Source: Desertibacillus haloalkaliphilus
GTDB taxonomy: Bacteria > Bacillota > Bacilli > Bacillales > KJ1-10-99
DNA: 32,000 nt
Reading direction: 5' to 3'
NCBI RefSeq assembly: GCF_019039105.1
Contig: NZ_JAHPIV010000018.1
Coordinates: forward strand, 1 to 32,000
Translations under genes and position numbers: made by a program
The notes under the pieces: model-generated
What the model was told of the DNA's origin: nothing
Databases searched by the model: none
The model's input: only the letters and a program-made list of their open reading frames with translations
Part shown: positions 1 to 8,133 of the stretch, piece by piece
Layout of the letters: each line of letters begins with the position of its first letter
How positions within the stretch are numbered: the first letter of the stretch is position 1

Positions 1-605
1 GTTTGATACCTATGACTTAAAGGAACAGACTGCAATTGGTGAGAAACAACTAAACGTATTGAAGGAGTTGAATTGGAGGAATGTTTCACATTAATTATGA
101 TGGGACCGACAGGTGCCGGGAAGACTCATTTATCAGTGGCCCTAGGGATACATGCGGTTGAGAATGGATATAAAGTGTCTTTTATCTCCATGAGTCACCT
201 CATGTACATCTTAAAAACAAAAGAATACATCGGTAAATCTAAAACCAGATATAAAAGAATTATAAATTCAGACTTAATCATCATTGATGATGTTATGTAT
301 ATGACCTATGAGGAACAGGAAGCTCACTTTTTCTTTCAGTTTATTTATGACCTATATGACAAAGCTGCTTTTATCCTAACATCAAATAAAGGACCAGGTG
401 AGTGGGGGAAATTCCTCGGAGACCCCACTCTAACAACAGCCATATTAGATCGTCTCTTGCATCGAAATGAGATTCTCACTTTCGATGAAGAGGCAGATAG
501 TATTCGAATGAAGTATAGAAAAGCATTATTTGATCCGCAAACTGTTGAATCTTAATTGTGGAAAGTTGTTTGAAGTTATTTGTGGAAAATTGTTTAATTC
601 TACTT
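1..605 (+). mobile_element. IS21-family insertion sequence, right-hand portion (helper gene plus terminal repeat region); the rest lies left of the window
   Basis: IstB-type ATPase ORF. Downstream are two copies of TGTGGAAARTTGTTT (557-571, 581-595), as expected for the multi-repeat ends of IS21-family elements. The exact terminus is not determined (~600-610). Confidence 0.65.
2..555 (+). pseudogene. istB: IstB-like IS21 helper ATPase, 5'-truncated by the window and apparently frameshifted
   Basis: Frame 1 from nt 73 gives Walker A GPTGAGKTH, Walker B LIIIDDV and LDRLLHR. The expected upstream residues FDTYDLKEQTAIGEKQLNVLKELNW are in frame 2 (nt 2-76), which stops at 92-94. Frame 1 has stops before nt 73. 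A frame change near nt 74-80 is therefore needed. Confidence 0.6.
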
Positions 606-1068
606 GACGGTTACAATAATATTCCTTTAACTCAGTGGCATTATCTTTCCATTCCACTAGATGTCCGTTGACTATCTGTTGAAGGACATCCAAGCACCGA
701 TGCCACCCTGCAGCGGTATTAACTGCCCATGAATCGTCGTCAAAAGTATGGGTGAAGATCATTCGAGAACCTTTATCCTCTTCCTGCAAAGATATGTTCA
801 CCAGATCACCTTCTTCACGGAAACCAAATAAATATGGCTTTTCAAACTCTGTGATAGTAGCCTTATATGTTGTACCTTCACCATCATCGAAGCCAATTTC
901 ACCACCAAGTCTGAGATCCATCTCCCCTGTGGCAAAAGGGTACCATTGGGAGAAATAATTAGAAGTTGTGAGGACACGGAATACATCTTCTGGATTTTGA
1001 GGGAAAGATCGTTCAAATCTTAAAGCATATCGACCATTTGATTCATGTAATTTACCATATTCATTCAT
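526..1068 (-). CDS. SRPBCC / AHSA1-like (START-fold) domain protein; the C-terminal ~25 aa appear to be read-through into IS sequence
   Basis: The sequence has the general look of Bacillus SRPBCC/AHSA1 family proteins (RFERSFPQNPEDVFRVLT..., WYPFATGEMDLRLGG, GWHRCLDVL). The tail ELNNFPQITSNNFPQLRFNSLRIK is the translation of the IS repeat region. Confidence 0.6.
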   Translation of the reverse strand: MNEYGKLHESNGRYALRFERSFPQNPEDVFRVLTTSNYFSQWYPFATGEMDLRLGGEIGFDDGEGTTYKATITEFEKPYLFGFREEGDLVNISLQEEDKGSRMIFTHTFDDDSWAVNTAAGWHRCLDVLQQIVNGHLVEWKDNATELKEYYCNRQVELNNFPQITSNNFPQLRFNSLRIK

Positions 1069-1597
1069 AATTTCATCCTCCTCTTCTTTATCCTTGAATT
1101 CCTTCTGTAACTTGTTATGATGATCAAATTACAAAAAATGTGTATCTCCATGTCACACAAGAAATGAAAAAAGAAGCCTCTCAAAAGTTCGGTGAACTAA
1201 TGAGAAGCCTCCGTTAATAACCTCAATGTTAGCAAAATGTTAGCATTTCACTCTCACCTTACTAACAAATCCTTATATATCAAGGGTTCGAGGGGCAGAT
1301 GTCCAGCTTCAGTGCCTACGAGCTCGGGGCCACTTCAGGCCTTTTTTGAAGCCAAAAATCGGCTTCTATCAAAGTCCTTCCAGTGCCTGTCGCTCGTGAC
1401 CAAGGCACTTACGCTTTTCTTATTACATCATGCCGCCCATGTCTTGCCCTATTTTACCTACTTATACATACCTATCTAACCTCTAATAAATAAAGGGAAA
1501 TCGTAAATGCATCATTTAAAAACATTACTATGTTATATCAATTTATATGACAGTCGGCACCAAAACGGCACCAAATGCACAACTTAACTCAAAAGTT

Positions 1598-3865
1598 CTA
1601 ACTTCCAGATTTTTCGTTATTTATTACCCTAAACCCATTTTTGAAGTACCTCTCAAGAGAATACAAAAACTTATCATCCGTAATCCAAAGCATATTGAGA
1701 TCCTTGGAACTTTTGATTTTATTTTTCAAATAATTTAATTCTTCTTTTTTCACCCAATGAGGAGTAATGTAATTACCGTCTGGTAAAAAATCAAAATCTA
1801 AGTTACTTTCATCTATATATATTTGTTGCCCTAATAATAATAACTCCATTTTTTTCATACAATATTTTATTGTTCTTTTATTAATATTAAAAGAACTTTC
1901 CCCTTTTGTATAATTATCTTCAAACGAAAACACATCACTTTCAAAAGGGTTAGTTGAACTTAAAAAAGAATGATAATATTCAACCAATTTTTCATTATCA
2001 AAGTTAGTTACAAGAAACTTAACTAAAAAGCCGGTTGATTTATGGTGAGAAATTTCAATTGACTTAAATAAACATTGAAATAAGATTAACATTGAAATAT
2101 TTTCGTATTGTTCTAAACCATGTTCTTTACTCCTCTCTCTTAATACCTTGAACTTATTTTCTAATTGTTCCTTTCTCTTTTCATTTATAGAAAGAAGTAC
2201 TTCTTTAGCCTTACGAGGTATCTTCTTACTACTATTTAATTTTCTTATACTTGTGTTTATATCTTTCATTTGTTTTCGTATTAAATCCTGCTCAGCGCTA
2301 GTCACACCCTTTGTTAATGAATACGACGCGTCAGTTAATATATTCAAGTCATCTTTTGAAATAACTTTTAATATGAGCGTCCTATAGACTAAAAATATAT
2401 GTTTAACTTCAAAGGTAATAATTTCACCATCAAAGCTTTGTTGATTCTCCAATTCTGATACTGAAGTTTCCAAGAATTCAATCAAAAAGGGCACCCCATC
2501 AGTTTGGTTATTACAAATTGAGGTTGCTAACTCCCCAAGTGACTTCAAATAGATTTGGAGCAAATGTTTATACTTATTCTCGAGCTGCTTAACCGTATTC
2601 TCATCAAAGTTAGTTTCCCCTATCACGTTATCTTTTCCTACTCCAATTACCTGTTCATTATATTCGTCGTTAGTTTGTTTGATCTTATCATCAGTCACAG
2701 TGACTATTTCAGAGAGCGGGTTCCTCGGCTTTAACTGATTAAAGTGTTTAATCGCAGTTCGAGCAAAATCCAAATTGTGATTATTTATTAAAAACATAAC
2801 TAATGAAGTATAATTTTTAATAACTAACGAGTACAACTCTTGATATTTATCACGGTCTTCCGATATGATGTAAAACATTATACTATTTTCTTCTTGGTTG
2901 GGATCTCTTGAATTTTCCATTAAGTCTTTAATTAATGTCCTAAAACTATGGAACTGTTCATCATAAATTTTGTACATATTTTTATCTACTGCCATTTTAA
3001 GCATTTGATAAATACTTTCAATTGTATACTCAATATTACTATAATAATTTTCAATCAAATTCCGATTAAAAGTATTAGCATCTTCATTACTCAGATATGA
3101 TATAGTCCTAAACCTTTTTTCCAAATCTAATATTGAATCAAAAAGGATATACCTAATATTTATAGTTCTAAATAACTTTTTTAAAGACTTCATTAATAAA
3201 AATAAAGTTATGATCACTAACGATATCCAAATATCGATCCGACTAATTTCAATGTTTGTTGCTACTAAAGATGCATTCAAATCTTCACTTTGGCTTGTTA
3301 TTACATAATTTAAATGATAACCGTATATGATCGTTAGAAGGTTAAAGTAAATAAAAACTATTAAATAAACATTTTTTGTCAGGTCGTTTATTAATGATTC
3401 AAAAGAGGTCTTTTGTACCCTATAGATAAACAAATAAAGAGTGATACTAGCGGGTAAAATAATTGTCAGCGCTCCAGAAAAACCCATTAATAAGTCCGAT
3501 GTTAATCCATCAGATAGTTCATGAAATCCATATTTTCGATTAAAAAAAATGGTAGATATATTATCAATTCCTAAATTAGGCAATATAAAAAATGCAATTA
3601 TATAAATACATAAGAATATAATTATTGAAGTGAAAAAGTTTGTTAAAATAAATTTATAAAAGCTCACAGTATATAACCTTAAATACGCGACCGTTACTTG
3701 AACCTTTTTATTACCAAAAAACCGCCTATAAAACTTAGTATTAAACATTTGGGATTTTAAATCTAAAATGGTTTGATATTTAATATCTTTTGATAAGTAA
3801 TTAAATATTTCTAATATAAATAAGATTGAGATTAAAATAATAGTGAGAGTTAACAAATTACCCAA
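1598..3865 (-). CDS. 755-aa multi-pass membrane protein with a large uncharacterised soluble C-terminal domain (candidate toxin/effector partner of the upstream Panacea gene)
   Basis: Long ORF. Five hydrophobic segments lie in the first ~230 aa; the remainder is K/E/N-rich with no motif I recognise. SD AAAGGAGGGG lies directly upstream. The TTG at 3865 is only 2-3 nt from the SD, and the in-frame TTG at 3856 has better spacing. Confidence 0.8.
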   Translation of the reverse strand: MGNLLTLTIILISILFILEIFNYLSKDIKYQTILDLKSQMFNTKFYRRFFGNKKVQVTVAYLRLYTVSFYKFILTNFFTSIIIFLCIYIIAFFILPNLGIDNISTIFFNRKYGFHELSDGLTSDLLMGFSGALTIILPASITLYLFIYRVQKTSFESLINDLTKNVYLIVFIYFNLLTIIYGYHLNYVITSQSEDLNASLVATNIEISRIDIWISLVIITLFLLMKSLKKLFRTINIRYILFDSILDLEKRFRTISYLSNEDANTFNRNLIENYYSNIEYTIESIYQMLKMAVDKNMYKIYDEQFHSFRTLIKDLMENSRDPNQEENSIMFYIISEDRDKYQELYSLVIKNYTSLVMFLINNHNLDFARTAIKHFNQLKPRNPLSEIVTVTDDKIKQTNDEYNEQVIGVGKDNVIGETNFDENTVKQLENKYKHLLQIYLKSLGELATSICNNQTDGVPFLIEFLETSVSELENQQSFDGEIITFEVKHIFLVYRTLILKVISKDDLNILTDASYSLTKGVTSAEQDLIRKQMKDINTSIRKLNSSKKIPRKAKEVLLSINEKRKEQLENKFKVLRERSKEHGLEQYENISMLILFQCLFKSIEISHHKSTGFLVKFLVTNFDNEKLVEYYHSFLSSTNPFESDVFSFEDNYTKGESSFNINKRTIKYCMKKMELLLLGQQIYIDESNLDFDFLPDGNYITPHWVKKEELNYLKNKIKSSKDLNMLWITDDKFLYSLERYFKNGFRVINNEKSGS

Positions 3866-3888
3866 CCCCTCCTTTCTTATATAGTAAC

Positions 3889-3921
3889 AAAAAAAAACGG
3901 AGTGGGTCTCCGTTTTTTTTA
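3889..3921 (-). terminator. Intrinsic (bidirectional-looking) terminator between the Panacea gene and the 755-aa gene
   Basis: A-run 3889-3897, stem ACGGAG (3897-3902), loop TGGGT, stem CTCCGT (3908-3913), T-run 3913-3920. On the minus strand the hairpin is followed by a run of 9 U. It overlaps the stop codon of ORF 3919-4401. Confidence 0.7.
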
Positions 3922-4401
3922 CATATAATTTATGTTTATTTCGTCCTTGTAAAAATCAAACATATTTTCTATAGATATAATACTCCTGCTTCTGGATTGG
4001 GGGCTTTTATTACCACGAGCATTCTTCCATGGATCTTCATTGTGGGTTCTCATTTCAAGAGTCTTCCCAGACTCATGCCCGTATTTATTCCACACGAAGT
4101 CTAGAACAAATGTAGCAAATTCGTCTTCATCCAATTCCGTCTTTCCAACATAGGTAGGGATGTCATCATATCCATAATTAGAATACTTTTGCCATAACTT
4201 TCGACAAACCGGACCGTGAACCCAAGCCTCAAACTCACAATCATTAATTAACCTTTCGTGTGTTCCCCCACTAATCGCTAAATAGTAAGCCTCTCCATAA
4301 AATGTTAATTTTTGCAATTTGAGTGGATCGATTGCCCATATTGTCCCTGGTGAGCTTTTCCGCAAGAAATATTTCGCTACTTCTTCAACAGAATATACCA
4401 T
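3919..4401 (-). CDS. Panacea / DUF4065 domain protein (GepA/SocA-like, PanA-type putative antitoxin)
   Basis: Motifs LKLQKLTFYGEAYYLA and EFEAWVHGPVCRKLWQKY are characteristic of DUF4065 as I recall it. SD AAGGGGG lies ~9 nt upstream of the ATG. Confidence 0.7.
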   Translation of the reverse strand: MVYSVEEVAKYFLRKSSPGTIWAIDPLKLQKLTFYGEAYYLAISGGTHERLINDCEFEAWVHGPVCRKLWQKYSNYGYDDIPTYVGKTELDEDEFATFVLDFVWNKYGHESGKTLEMRTHNEDPWKNARGNKSPQSRSRSIISIENMFDFYKDEININYM

Positions 4402-4443
4402 TTAATCGACCCCCTTTTTTAATATGCTGAAATGAAATTGAAC

Positions 4444-4472
4444 ATTATACTACAACTTATCCACAATGTAAA
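4444..4472 (-). promoter_or_regulatory. Sigma-A type promoter for the Panacea gene
   Basis: The minus strand reads TTTACA (4472-4467), a 17-nt spacer, then TATAAT (4449-4444), ~40 nt upstream of the ATG at 4401. Confidence 0.6.
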
Positions 4473-4802
4473 CTAATCTTCATACTTTTATGATACTACA
4501 TTTAAAACAATAAGTCACCTGCACCTGTGAAACTTTTAAGTTATTATTTCTATCCATTACGAGACAAATACTATATATTGTGTAATCAAAAAAGGGAAAC
4601 ACTAAATATTACTACCTTCATAATATTGTTACATCTATATTAAATTTTAAATTAATGCAACCTTGACAAAAATAAATCATGCCCATTTCTTAAATGCCAA
4701 AAAACAACCAGAGTTTTTATAATTAACATTCCAGAAATTCTATGCCCTCCAATCACTGAAGAGGCGTGTTAAAAACACTTTAAAATGCTTTTTCAAAAAT
4801 GT

Positions 4803-7442
4803 TTATAGGGCGTTTTGCAAATCCTCCCACTTACGTCCAAACATCCTGGCATGGCGTTTTGTCAAAAATGAATTATCATACTTTATTTCGGCTGGTGGTT
4901 TCATGTGGCAAATAAACGCATTTTGCATTTCCTTTCCAGCTCGGACAGATACAATTGCATAATGCATTGGCAATCGAGAAGCATCTTCAATCGTAATCGT
5001 TGGCTCTAGCCGGTGTTTTGATAGTTCAAACGTTTTTGTGTGATCATTAGCAAATAAGAATTGTTGGACACCGCCACCCTGTAAATTCTCTTGTAAGCTC
5101 TGGGGTAACTTGTTCCAATGGTGAAAAGCATATAACGAACCAAGACGCTCTTTTCTCCCTTCTGTACCAATACGCCCCATTAGTTTTGTTAATCCTTCTG
5201 TTGTGTATTGCTCAGGCTCATTAAATACCACGAAGCAGCCATTCTTTTGATCAGCTTTACTCATGAGCATACGTGTCATGAATGTTTTTAGCGTCACCCA
5301 ATGGACCAGCGTTTTAGTCGCTAACTCACCTAGCTTACGGTTAGGTATACGAATAATAATAACCTTACCTTCCTTCATCCACTTCTCAAAGTCCACATCT
5401 TTCTTTGGTGGTTGAGCAAATATGTCAAAAAGAGTATCGTTATCAAAAAAGTCACCTAATCGATTAAGTACAGGATCAGCTTTACTCCCCAATTCTTCAT
5501 TCGTCCCCCATTGTATTAATTCGTTCGCTAATCTTATATTCCCTTCGTTCATTAACTGCTCGATGCGTTCTAATCTATAGGATTCATCTTCAATAATTCG
5601 TTTAATGTTATACAGGGACCCTCCCGCTGACTTGGCAGCCGTTTTTAGGTAGCGTTTAGAACGTGATAAACCTTCCATATCCCCAAAAAAGTCAATTACC
5701 TCATCTGCAAATCTCGAAGCGCCCTTTCTCCCTAACTTTTCAATAACCTCCGTTAGGTCCAACGGCACAATATATTCCTCATCACTTAAATCGATATCAA
5801 TGATCTTATCAGGTGGCAAAGTATCCCTTATACCGTCGGCCATTCCTCTTTCTCCTTCTTCAACAATTGCTTCTGGAATAACTGCACTAATTCCATGATT
5901 TAAACAGCCATCAATTATCCAATTTTTTATAGCGGTGTCTTTACCAGCACCTTGACCACCAATGAACACATAACCTCTATAGAAGGTGTCAGGGTTCGTC
6001 ACAGGCATTGATATTGGTATCTTAGTATCCTTATACTCCGCTAACCCTAATGGAATCCCCTTTCCAGTTCTCATGGCCTTTGGTATGTCAACTTCTGTTT
6101 TGGTTTTAGTGCTCAACGCATCATCATAACGCCTTTGGAGTTCTTGGGATGGCATTTGTAACGCTAACCGGTTCATCTCATCAGTACTTATTAAATTGAC
6201 GTCAGCATCCATTTTAGACCGTTTGGATAGTCTCAATTCATTAATTTCTCTAATCGCATCAATTCGTTTTCCATTCACCTTCACTTTTATTCCATGCAGC
6301 TCATTGTTTTCTGCCAGCTCACTCATTGAAAGTGACAAGGTTTCACCCAGAGTTTCTCTTGTTAATTTATCGTTAGAATGAGCAGATACTCTGATTTTTG
6401 ATTTAAAAACAGGTTGGTTGATCTTTTCGCGACTGGCATTACTCAAGCGAGCTGCACTTATTTCATCTTCAAGGGAGTACCCTTTTTCGACCACCTTTTC
6501 TTTCTTAAAGCCTTTATCGGATTTAAAGAACACATTAGAAAACGCCTGGAATGTATCGGTTAAAAGATCATTGATTTCATTAATAACACCTGCCACACCG
6601 GTTTTAACCGCTTTTGTCACCTTTCCACTGCTTAAATTTGCACGTTGTGGAACTTTTCCTTTTTGTAACTTCTCCATCGCCCACTGAGCACTTTTTACCC
6701 ACTTTTGACGATTTTCAGCTTCATTGCATATAGATAATCTAGCCATGTCACCATCGTATTGCAATTCATCAACTGTATTTAATATAGAAGAAATCGGTGT
6801 TTTTGTTTCCGTGGCGTTAGTATTCATGGAAAAAATGTCATGTTTGAGGTATTTCATATCTTGAACAACTGTGTTTGCTTGTGGGATCTGTAGATCATCA
6901 ATCGAAGCATCTTTTATTGTGGCGTTCATTTTATTCTCAAGCTTTCGTTTTAGTTTTAGTGCTTGATATTCAGACGTAGCGACATAAAATTCAATTTTCT
7001 TTTCACCTTTTACTTGCTTAAAAACAACATCAAACCAAAAGTAATCTTTTTCTCTATACCTAAACTTGAACCCATCACGTTCCAGCCTTGATCTCGGGCA
7101 TTCATACATTTCATACATTTTATAAATGGACCGCCATAACCTTTTATTATTGTTTGTTATTTTTGAATGTGGGATGATTCTATATACCACCATTTTGTTT
7201 CGCTCCACTTCAAAGAAATCATCCCATTTAACAGCCTTTGTTTTCGTGAGTAGACGCTTGAACTTACTGCTCAATTTTTCATTTTCGGGTATAACATCAA
7301 TCACTAGTGCAGGTTTGCCACATCTGCTTTTATCAGGATAGTGGTAAACCGTTTCTTTTGTATCTAGGATTTCAATTTCCGTTTTCTCTCTAACGACAGG
7401 AAGGTTTTTATCATCTAACATAATGAAGTTAGGCTCCTTCAT
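4803..7442 (-). CDS. ~879-aa P-loop NTPase of the FtsK/HerA/VirB4-VirD4 (ASCE) type, with a ~490-aa unassigned N-terminal domain
   Basis: Walker A-like GGQGAGKDT (nt ~5934-5960). Walker B-like CFVVFNEPEQY (nt ~5205-5237), followed by GRKERLGSLYAFHHWNKL, which resembles the post-Walker-B motifs of T4SS ATPases. The likely start is the ATG at 7442, overlapping the M23 stop (ATGA), with GGAGG 7 nt upstream. The track start at 7490 is probably an over-extension. Confidence 0.55.
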   Translation of the reverse strand: MKEPNFIMLDDKNLPVVREKTEIEILDTKETVYHYPDKSRCGKPALVIDVIPENEKLSSKFKRLLTKTKAVKWDDFFEVERNKMVVYRIIPHSKITNNNKRLWRSIYKMYEMYECPRSRLERDGFKFRYREKDYFWFDVVFKQVKGEKKIEFYVATSEYQALKLKRKLENKMNATIKDASIDDLQIPQANTVVQDMKYLKHDIFSMNTNATETKTPISSILNTVDELQYDGDMARLSICNEAENRQKWVKSAQWAMEKLQKGKVPQRANLSSGKVTKAVKTGVAGVINEINDLLTDTFQAFSNVFFKSDKGFKKEKVVEKGYSLEDEISAARLSNASREKINQPVFKSKIRVSAHSNDKLTRETLGETLSLSMSELAENNELHGIKVKVNGKRIDAIREINELRLSKRSKMDADVNLISTDEMNRLALQMPSQELQRRYDDALSTKTKTEVDIPKAMRTGKGIPLGLAEYKDTKIPISMPVTNPDTFYRGYVFIGGQGAGKDTAIKNWIIDGCLNHGISAVIPEAIVEEGERGMADGIRDTLPPDKIIDIDLSDEEYIVPLDLTEVIEKLGRKGASRFADEVIDFFGDMEGLSRSKRYLKTAAKSAGGSLYNIKRIIEDESYRLERIEQLMNEGNIRLANELIQWGTNEELGSKADPVLNRLGDFFDNDTLFDIFAQPPKKDVDFEKWMKEGKVIIIRIPNRKLGELATKTLVHWVTLKTFMTRMLMSKADQKNGCFVVFNEPEQYTTEGLTKLMGRIGTEGRKERLGSLYAFHHWNKLPQSLQENLQGGGVQQFLFANDHTKTFELSKHRLEPTITIEDASRLPMHYAIVSVRAGKEMQNAFICHMKPPAEIKYDNSFLTKRHARMFGRKWEDLQNAL

Positions 7443-8125
7443 TTCATCCCTCCTAGAATGCAGATAGCCAAAATCAACGCACCAAACCACCAGGCAAGAG
7501 TTTTAATCATCCCACCTTTACCTACCATCGATGAGAAGATCATAAGGACACCAGCTGCAATTGTCCCATAACCCATAATGTCAGGTAAATTAGCAACAAA
7601 CCACATCCATATATCTGTTGTGACTTCCTGTATAAAGTTAGCGAACGGCTTTAACACAAGCTCAGTTTCTTTTCCGATGACCCAATCTGAGAACTGATTA
7701 AATTTCTCCAAAAAGAAGTTTGTGTTTGAATTTTCGATATGACCGCTAATAGCACTAATACCGTCCGCAAAAGGTGTAGGATCAACATATTCGCCATCTG
7801 GTGACTTCAATGCAAAATGCAAATGTGGTCCAGTGCTATTACCTGTATTACCGCTAAAACCGATAGTGTCCATAAAGTTAACAGATTGCCCTTCTTTGAC
7901 TGTGATCTCACTCAAATGACCGTATATGGCTTGCGTTCCGTCCTCCAATCGAATGTAAACACCGTTACCAATTTTCTCCCCATCCTCAATCACACGCTCA
8001 ATAACACCATCACCAACACTTCTTAATTCCGTACCTGTTTCCATCCCTAAATCAATTCCGCTATGTGGCCTGTTGTCTCGTACTTCTGATAATTCACCGA
8101 ACGGGCTCGTTAGTTTAAATTTCAT
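7439..8125 (-). CDS. M23 (LytM-type) metallopeptidase with two C-terminal transmembrane helices
   Basis: HSGIDL (HxxxD) and GPHLHFAL (HxH) motifs with the intervening GNGVYI...YGHL beta-core. The C-terminus has hydrophobic stretches IAAGVLMIFSSMV and LAWWFGALILAICILGG. No N-terminal signal peptide is seen. Confidence 0.8.
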   Translation of the reverse strand: MKFKLTSPFGELSEVRDNRPHSGIDLGMETGTELRSVGDGVIERVIEDGEKIGNGVYIRLEDGTQAIYGHLSEITVKEGQSVNFMDTIGFSGNTGNSTGPHLHFALKSPDGEYVDPTPFADGISAISGHIENSNTNFFLEKFNQFSDWVIGKETELVLKPFANFIQEVTTDIWMWFVANLPDIMGYGTIAAGVLMIFSSMVGKGGMIKTLAWWFGALILAICILGGMK

Positions 8126-8133
8126 ACGATCAC

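Noticed and set aside
752-1016. ORFs 752-958 (+) and 798-1016 (-) overlapping the SRPBCC gene
   Set aside because: They are embedded in or out of frame with a longer ORF that has a recognisable fold family, and have no independent signals.
1174-1215. AGAAGCCTC occurring twice near an A/T run, looked at as a possible terminator
   Set aside because: The two copies are direct repeats, not inverted, so no hairpin can form.
1283-1292. GGTTCGAG, reminiscent of a tRNA T-arm, considered as a possible tRNA or att site
   Set aside because: No acceptor stem, anticodon arm or D-arm can be built around it. No tRNA, rRNA or CRISPR array was found anywhere in the window.
1237-1738. ORFs 1237-1479 (+) and 1547-1738 (+)
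   Set aside because: The first is read across the GC-rich repeat and hairpin element and has no SD. The second is mostly antisense to the 3' end of the 755-aa gene. Both are treated as non-coding.
2148-2387. ORF antisense to the 755-aa gene, plus similar antisense ORFs elsewhere (6196-6381, 6418-6687, 7126-7341, 7817-8026, 8674-8871, 9132-9341, 12335-12553, 12965-13183, 13281-13487, 18209-18505, 20170-20364, 20863-21204, 21903-22106, 22449-22652, 22873-23094, 23991-24224, 28074-28448, 28653-28913, 29314-29652, 29588-29809, 30213-30425, 30733-30951, 31509-31694)
   Set aside because: All lie inside longer opposite-strand genes that fit a coherent phage operon. They lack SD sequences and have hydrophobic or low-complexity composition typical of antisense frames in AT-rich DNA.
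4600-4700. 25-aa minus-strand ORF (MLIIKTLVVFWHLRNGHDLFLSRLH) and a plus-strand TTGACA hexamer at 4664 in the 400-nt AT-rich gap
   Set aside because: The ORF has no SD at a usable distance. The TTGACA has no matching -10 at 16-18 nt. In DNA this AT-rich, such matches are expected by chance.
7443-7490. 5' extensions of track ORFs (ATPase from 7490, LexA-like from 11320, 10460 start, 11391 start, 14914 start, TMP from 27337)
   Set aside because: Internal start codons with proper SD spacing, or ATGA/TAATG coupling to the upstream gene, explain the data better. The extensions overlap neighbouring genes or promoter elements.
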